DNA of 64,000 nucleotides from Chrysomallon squamiferum. Lineage: Eukaryota; Animalia; Mollusca. Location: the NCBI GenBank assembly GCA_012295275.1, contig CM022679.1, positions 20,212,001 through 20,276,000 of the forward strand. The letters run 5' to 3'. The stretch's first letter is position 1, and each line of letters starts with the position of its first letter. This document shows, in pieces, positions 20,692-64,000 of the stretch. The position numbers were made by a program, and so were the translations under genes. The notes beneath the pieces were generated by a model. It was not told the origin of the DNA, did not search any database, and saw nothing but the letters and a program-made list of their open reading frames with translations.

Positions 20692-21567
20692 TAAATTAAA
20701 GTTTATTTAGTTGTTTTATTTATGTGTGTAGCTATACCTTTCGAGATGAAATCTTTCTTTTCTTTTTCATTCTTTATCTACCCTAATCTTCTCATACTCT
20801 CTACTCGTTTAAAATACAAAATTATATCGAAAAGGTTTTAAAATTTTGCTTTTCTAAATGTAAAACCTCCCCGGAGGAAAAAAAAATAAAATAAAATAAA
20901 ATACAAAAATAATAATAATAATAATAATTAAATAAATAATAAAAATTTAATAATGTAGACTAGTTACTAAACTGAGGGAGATAACTCCTGTTAGAACAGA
21001 TGAAATAATTTCCTGGCTTTACACAGCTCAATCTGTGAAGGATAAAAATACATTTTATTTTTTCTTTCTTTTCTGACATCTCATCTCATCCCTCTCTCCT
21101 TCCGTCCCTCTTTCCTCCTTTCTGTTTATCCTTAACCTTCTCCCTGTCTATCATTTTCACCACATCTGTGCATATTGTAATAAAATTATATTAACAAAAA
21201 AAAAAAAAAAAAAAAAATGAAATTCAATATCTTTTAAGCTGTGTGATTTAATATTACTCTTAAAAGACAAACGCTGTTATACCTCTTTAAAGAATTCACT
21301 AATCGGGTGAATAAAAACGTTGGATATCATCAATGACGACGTGTCGTTAGTTTGAATGATAATACCAGGTTTCAGATTTCTTCCTGATTAGCTGGTAACT
21401 GAATACTGGTGACAACGCCTTGTGTTGTTCTCTCCAAATGTTTCGAGAATGTAAGATAAATCTACGCTTTGAAAAAAATAATAAAAAAAATAATAATAAT
21501 AACAATGATAATAATAATAAAAAAAAAAAAATTAAAAATAAATATATAAATAAATAAAAATTAATTA

Positions 21568-21604
<37 letters not shown>

Positions 21605-24600
21605 GTAATAATGATAAATAATAAAAAATAAAAAATTCAAAATATACATATAAATACAATCAGAAGAATACATTATCATCATCATCGTCGTCGTCGTTGT
21701 CGTTGTTGTTAAATATTATTATTATTATTAATATTATTATTATTATTATTTATATTATTATTAATCTTTATTCATAGGAATAAAAAAAATATAAATTATT
21801 ACGTCTAAGATTACCAGTGACAAGATATAAAATTTAATACTTATGAGAACGACAGAGATAAATGTGTTTTTCTTGTTACAGCTCTTTGGTGTATTGAACA
21901 ATCACACCTGTAGCATTGTTTTCATTAAACACATTAAAACAAGGTGGAAAGATAACACCAGTGAACGCCCAAAACTTTACCCCTCTGTTGAACAGGCGTT
22001 TGACATTAGCACGTTATCAGGTAGATACACGCATGAGAACCGTTGGACTTCAGCTGTTTGGGGTCGCATACCTGTCATAAATTATAGTATCGGTGAGAAT
22101 TAATATGCATTGTATATATGAAATACAAATCTTTGCTTACATAATCATTTAGATACGTGTGAAATGCTATACCTGGGATGGTGAAAACAATAGTAACAAG
22201 AGGTGGAAAAAAATGAAAAAATAAATGATAAAATAATAATAACAATAATAATCGAAAAAAAACCAACAAAAAGAATATCAAGTATTTCCATTGTTTTGTT
22301 ATGTGAAAAGTAAATTTTAAAGATGATTTTGAAGGAAGGAAGGAATAATCAAAAAATGGAAACAAAAAGTTAATATTATAATACAGAAGATAAAGGATTA
22401 TAGAAGTTACATCGAGAATAACTCTTGTTGAATTTTTTTTCCATGGTTTTATGATTATTAATATTTATTTTATTTTATTTTATTTTATTATTTATTTATT
22501 TATTATTATTGTTATTTTTGGTGTGTATGTATTTTTATTTTTTTATTTATTTATTTTTGTTGTTGTTGTTGTTGTTTTGTGTTATTGTTTTTTTATTGGG
22601 GTTTTTCGGGTGGCGTGTTTGTTCTGTTATGCAACAGAACAAATGTTTTCTCTCCCTTAGCTTAATAATGTTCAAGATTAAGTAACAACGTTTAAACAAT
22701 TTCTATTTTAAAATAAAAGATTTCCGTTAGATCAGTACACTAATGAAATCAAAATTTCTCAGTCTGCGTTGTGTGTATTCCAATCAAAATTAAATCAACT
22801 TTACTTATTTCACTTAATCCACCGAAAGGTTAAAACGTCTTAATGCTTGACCATTTCATAACTATTTATGAAAATATCTCAACAAAGCATCTGTCCTGTA
22901 GTAAATAGTTATTAGAGGTGTTTTAAGAGCTGTAGGTATAATTATCATGCACCATTGAGACCGAAAGATAGACAACCTCTTGGCATGCATTAAACTCGTT
23001 ATGTGACTGTGTGAATAAAACACTATATCCTTCACCAGCTATTTCTCTCGCTACGCTGGTAGTGTGGTATGTACTGCATGACAAAAGATATATCACTGTT
23101 GTTAAGTAACATTAGTTTGTTTATATATATACATATGTGTTTGAGTGAATATGTTAATTCTGTTAAATGCACTTCATATAGTTAATTTAAAATTATAATT
23201 TTATTATTATGACAGACGATAATTTTATTTTGTCGAATGGCGTATAATGAACAAAAAAAAAGCATGGTATGTCTTTGCAATTATTTATTTATATCCTTTA
23301 GAGGACGTTATGTAACAGTCACATATAATATTAATTACATTATATATTTAGTGAATGTTTTGATGTGTGTTCGACTTTTTTTGGTGGGGAGGGTGATAAA
23401 TTTAATTTCGTAAAACATTTTTAATTTTATTTTATGGCACGAAATAACCTAAATAAAATATGTGCTTATTTTTTTATATATTTGGAAATTGCTATTTTAG
23501 TTTTGGGTTATAAGACGAAATGAAAAGAACTTTTAGAATGGTAATTATTAAAGCAATAAACCAATAAATCGTTTCAGATGTGCACTGTAAAATGTCAGTC
23601 ATTCAGAGTGAATTTCAGTCACGATAATAAATTACATTGTATTTTTCATTACAATTTAACAGTTTTATCATAAAACGATATATTTTTCAAAAATGTTCTT
23701 ATATTGTAATAAACCTGATCTTTACAAATTCTTATATGATACATGATGTTCTTACATATTAAGGCTTTATTGTATTTCACTAACTTTCACTGAAAGCATG
23801 GTTCTTACATAAAATACACAATTATTTCCGAAATTCACTGCAGCTTTATGAAAAGACACACACAAACACACACATACATGCACGTACGTACATACATACA
23901 TATACATATATACATACATAGATGCACACAAACACATACATACATAGATGCACACAAACACACACACATACAAACATAACTATACACATGTCAATATACA
24001 GATAATTTGGCAAATGAACTGATTGCATGTTTCAAATTCTGGGATGTAGTTAAATTTTACTTTTGATTATCTCTTGATTTGGGTGGGATTTGAAATAATG
24101 AAAATTGTCGACGGAACTGCATCGAATTTAACTGTCTTCTTGCGTTGTATGAAAGTCTCCAAAGGCTGAGCAGAGACCCCGAAATGAGGAAGAGCTTTGT
24201 TATTATTCATACTATCAGACTTAGTCTGTTCAGAAATAAAACTGTTGCATTTCTTTTTTAACTTTTTTTTTTTAGTTTCTTTACAAATATTTGAAGTGCG
24301 TAGGTATTAGTCATTTTATTTTTGTTTTATTTATTTATTTTTATTTTATATATATTTATATTATTATTATTTTATTATTTTTATTATTATTATTATATAT
24401 TATTATTTTTTAATTTTCTTCTTCTTCTTTTTTACTTCCTAATGTTTTTCTTTTTTGTAACTTAAATTAATATTATATGACAGTTTTTTATTTCTTCATT
24501 CATTTTATCTCCTTATTCTTTTACTCCGTGTTTCATTCCTTCTATTACCTTCTTTTTCTTTTCCTTCTCTTCCTTTTCAGTTCCTACATTTTATCCAAAG

Positions 24601-25231
24601 TACACTCAGTGATTCTGAATTCTCTGAAATTCTCATAAACAGTAATATATTTTTATTTTTTTACACATAGTCATACCAATCTCAGTAGACTGATTTTTTT
24701 CTCCCAGCTGTCTTTTCGTATATAATTTGATTCTATTACTATATGCACACATTTAATAATCAATTTTTGCATACATTTAACGTTAACTGTTCTTGTTCAC
24801 TGCTCTTTTCAATATATATATGCAGTCTGTGTGTTAAAAAAAGAAAAAAAAGAAGGAATAAAGCCAGTTACACTTCTTTTCATAATGTGTATGTATTCTG
24901 TTGAACGTCATTTTTTTAATTTATCGGTTACATTGTACATATAAGAACATTTCAAAGCATTAATACGTGTTTATATTTCTAACACCTTAACCTATTATGT
25001 ACGGGTTGAATACAATGACCTGTACAATTTGAATATATTAACATATTGAATGCTTTAGGCCACTTTCTTTCTGTGTATAAAAGAATATTTAAAATATCTT
25101 AAAAAGGAAACGACCTGACTGAGCCCTAGTTGAAAGGTAAAAACGTCCATGGAAGGCTCGATAATCCAAGGTATTTTTATTTCCCATAATATTTATAAAA
25201 AAAACAAAAAAAAAACATTGTGTATACTCAC

Positions 25232-25313
25232 CTTCACATGTGAAAACCTACAACAGAGATCTCACTGATGCTGGAGACAAGCATTCCACGACAGCGACAA
25301 CAGATTCCTTTAT
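25232..25313 (-). other. Candidate non-coding exon (82 nt)
   Basis: Strong acceptor (GTTTTCTTTTTGCTTAG) and donor (AAG|GTGAGT); stop codons in all three frames. Confidence 0.4.
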
Positions 25314-25722
25314 CTAAGCAAAAAGAAAACACAGCTAATAATAATAATGATGATGATGATAGTGATGGTGGTAGTACTAGCAGTAGTAATAAAATATTAA
25401 AACAATTTTTAAAATAATAAAAGAATAATGATAAAAACAACATAAATAACAATAATAATAATGTATGCGACCACAAATCAAAATGGCCGCCAATTAACAA
25501 TTTCTTATTCATTTTCTTTTCTTTTTACTATTTTCAGTTTTACTTCTGTTTAACTTCCCAGTTTCCATGTTTTTGTGTGTTTTTTTCTTTAAAAAAGTGT
25601 GTTCTGTGTTTCTGTTTGTGCGCGCAGAGATGTTTGCGCATTTATATATACATTTATATGTGTAGGTGTGTGTAAGGGTACATGTGAGTGTTCGTGTGAG
25701 TGAGCGTGTGCATATTCGTGTT

Positions 25723-25763
<41 letters not shown>

Positions 25764-26076
25764 GTGTGTGAACGTGCTGCAGCTTTTTGTCCATAGATAC
25801 AACAAATGAGTCAAGTGGACATATATAAATTATTAAGGCTCCGATAACAAACATCTTAAAACTACTCGTGTGTCTTTGTCGTGTGATTTATTAAACGATG
25901 TTGTGTAAGTGTTTGTGTGTGGGTGAATTTTTAAACACTGAACTGCCTCTCCTCCGTTTATTATATACAGGCTATCTTGTTTATTCTGCAACACCTAGTA
26001 ATAGTGTCACAGCATTTTATATAAATGTATGTAAACATATATATTACATACATACGTACGTACATATCTATATATA

Positions 26077-26112
<36 letters not shown>

Positions 26113-27131
26113 TACATACATAAATACATACCTACGTACATATGCATATAAACATATATACATTACATACTTGCATAAATACACACACATACGTATATAC
26201 ATACATGTTTTAAATGATCATTCTTTAGTCTGTTAGGAAGACAAGGTTTAAAAACATTTTTCTTTATATACGTATAAAAGAAAAATTTACAAAGTCATTT
26301 TTGCTGTTGCTGAATAAATCATGAAAATTTATTTCGAGCCAAAAATTTGTCGAGTCGCCTACAAAAACAAACCTATAACTAGTCTATTAAAAACCCTGAA
26401 ACTGAACTTAGATGCACACATTTTAATTTTTTATTTTTCTAATTGTTGTTGTTGTTATTTTAACACAACAATTTGATATCTTAATACCACGTGTTTGTTT
26501 TTTTTTTTGTTTTTTTAGCGAAATCTTAAATCACGACTATTATTAAAATACAACACTTAGTTTCTTTTATATAATATATTAAAATATGTATTAAGAAAAA
26601 AAAAAAAAAAAAAAAAAGAAAAGAAAGACAAAATAAGCCTAATAATAAAATAAATAAATTCAGTTCCAGTAAAATAATTATTTTGTATGGTCTTTTTTAT
26701 TGTTGTTCAGTTTTTTTTTTTTGAAACATATTATTTACATACTGCCATTAATAATTACTGGTATTTTTTTTTCTAATACTATTGTTTGCTTAATACTATT
26801 TACATGTCTACCTTTAACTATGCCAGTATTTTGACGAACTTGATACCACTGTTAATCGTGGTGGACTCAGTTTCAAGTGTGCTATTTTAATACCAGTCGT
26901 GATTAAAGATTCGTTATCAAAAACACCTGCTTAAGACTGTAGCTTGATAAATCGGATTATCGTAATGGTATAATTTTTTATTTATTTTTTTATTATTTAT
27001 TTATTTATTATTATTATATATATATATTTTTTTTTAGACCAGTATGTACGTTTTACTTGCACAGAACATGTCTGGATGTTTATCGATTATAAAATATGAA
27101 AGTGTATGACTGTTTAAGTAGTACAGCTTTC

Positions 27132-27176
<45 letters not shown>

Positions 27177-27379
27177 GAAAGAAAGAAAGAAAAAAGCAAG
27201 GAAAAAGTAAAAAAAGAAGTACTATCGATCGTCTAATTCAGTCCAAAAGCTCTGAATGATTCCAATATGAATTGAGTTAGCAGTAATCGTACACACTGAC
27301 TTCATAGCGTAATGTAAACAGCCACACCCAAGCATAAGCAAACACTAGTCCATACGGCCATTTTATTATCAACAAGGAT

Positions 27380-27950
27380 ATTTTGACCTCGCGTGACATA
27401 ATTCTCAACGACGTGTCGTGCCCATAGCGTTGTTAGCTCGAATACAGATGTAAAAGTATGAGCAGCCTCGGCTCTGTCAAACCTCTTGTTTCACCCCACT
27501 GAGTACGTCTGCTCTCGTATTCTTTCTGCGAGGCGAACGCACGCATCTTATTGGCTGGTCTGAAAGCGGGTTTTCCAACAGTCGCGGTTAAAAAGTTGAA
27601 GAAGCAGACGATACTGTTACGCATGTAATAAGGACCGAGTTGCGTACATCCCACGCTCGTGTGTTAATGACAGCGGAATGTAAACCACAAACCTATCAAT
27701 GAAGATTTATTGGGGACCAATTTGGTGGGGTCCTGGCTAAGAGGACGCCCTTTTGGTACCTGGTATTATGGCCTGTGATGAGAAGACAGGAGTTTATAAA
27801 ATACAAGTATTACGTTGCTCTCATCGAAGCAGGCAAATGACACGGTGCTCGAAACAAAATATATAACGTTCAAGTTGAAGTGGAGATGTTAACAAGTATG
27901 GATATAAAACGGGTGGTTTTATATGGATACACTGGACACCCAGACAGTAG
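27380..27950 (+). promoter_or_regulatory. CpG-retaining promoter region of the uif-like gene
   Basis: Locally GC/CpG-rich; ATTGG/CCAAT boxes near 27550, 27709 and 27717; TATAAAA at 27903. Confidence 0.5.
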
Positions 27951-28012
27951 ATCGTGAATCAGTAGGGTCGCCGTTTGTGCGGATCCATCCATTTTATTTC
28001 TCTTTTGTTGGA

Positions 28013-63756
<35,744 letters not shown>

Positions 63757-64000
63757 GTATTGTCTTTAATTGTTACTTGAGAAAACGATTGTTTTTAATC
63801 ATATTTTAAATTTATCATAATAGCTCAAATTATGACTACCAAGTGTAAAAGGAATGTACCAACATATATATTGCTTTTTAATTAAAATTCTAATAAAACT
63901 TATAAAATATTTTTATGAATCCATAACTTCATTTGGAATATAATATAAACATATACATTGTATGCATTTTAAACTGAAATTCTAATAAAAATGTATAATA

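Noticed and set aside
21843-22103. Plus-strand 86-aa ORF with possible exon 21882-22020
   Set aside because: No recognisable domain and no partner exons; cannot be supported as coding.
25105-25150. Hammerhead-ribozyme-like CTGACTGAG...AAAACGTC (also CTGATGAG at ~32683)
   Set aside because: The CUGANGA/GAAA core and stems are incomplete; at most a decayed relic.

Overview
AT-rich, microsatellite-dense eukaryotic DNA with GT-AG introns; the gene families point to a lophotrochozoan, most likely a mollusc (inference). Four genes can be spliced by hand. (1) 1059-12466 (+): a 16-exon, ~1164-aa GRL101-like/type-C LGR receptor (signal peptide, C-type lectin with QPD motif, 6 LDLa modules, LRRs, 7TM, and a long intracellular tail that looks like a decayed kinase fragment). 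(2) 13079-15436 (-): a Toll-like receptor with an intronless CDS, facing gene 1 tail-to-tail. It has a 1-nt frameshift and lacks the LRRCT and transmembrane segment, while its TIR ORF is intact; perfect kB and AP-1 sites lie upstream. (3) 19326-20435 (-): a 251-aa intron-containing oocyte-type (B4/H1oo-like) linker histone with a CPE and AATAAA in its 3' UTR. (4) 28013 to beyond 64000 (+): the first 22 exons of an Uninflatable-like protein (CTL-LDLa-CUBx3-CCPx4-EGFx2-CCP...). Also present: a Tigger-like transposon remnant, a probable SINE remnant, local templated copies of gene sequence, minisatellites that abut or amplify splice sites, and a sharp onset of CpG depletion near 41 kb. No tRNA, rRNA or CRISPR array was found. 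All calls come from reading the sequence; no searches were run.
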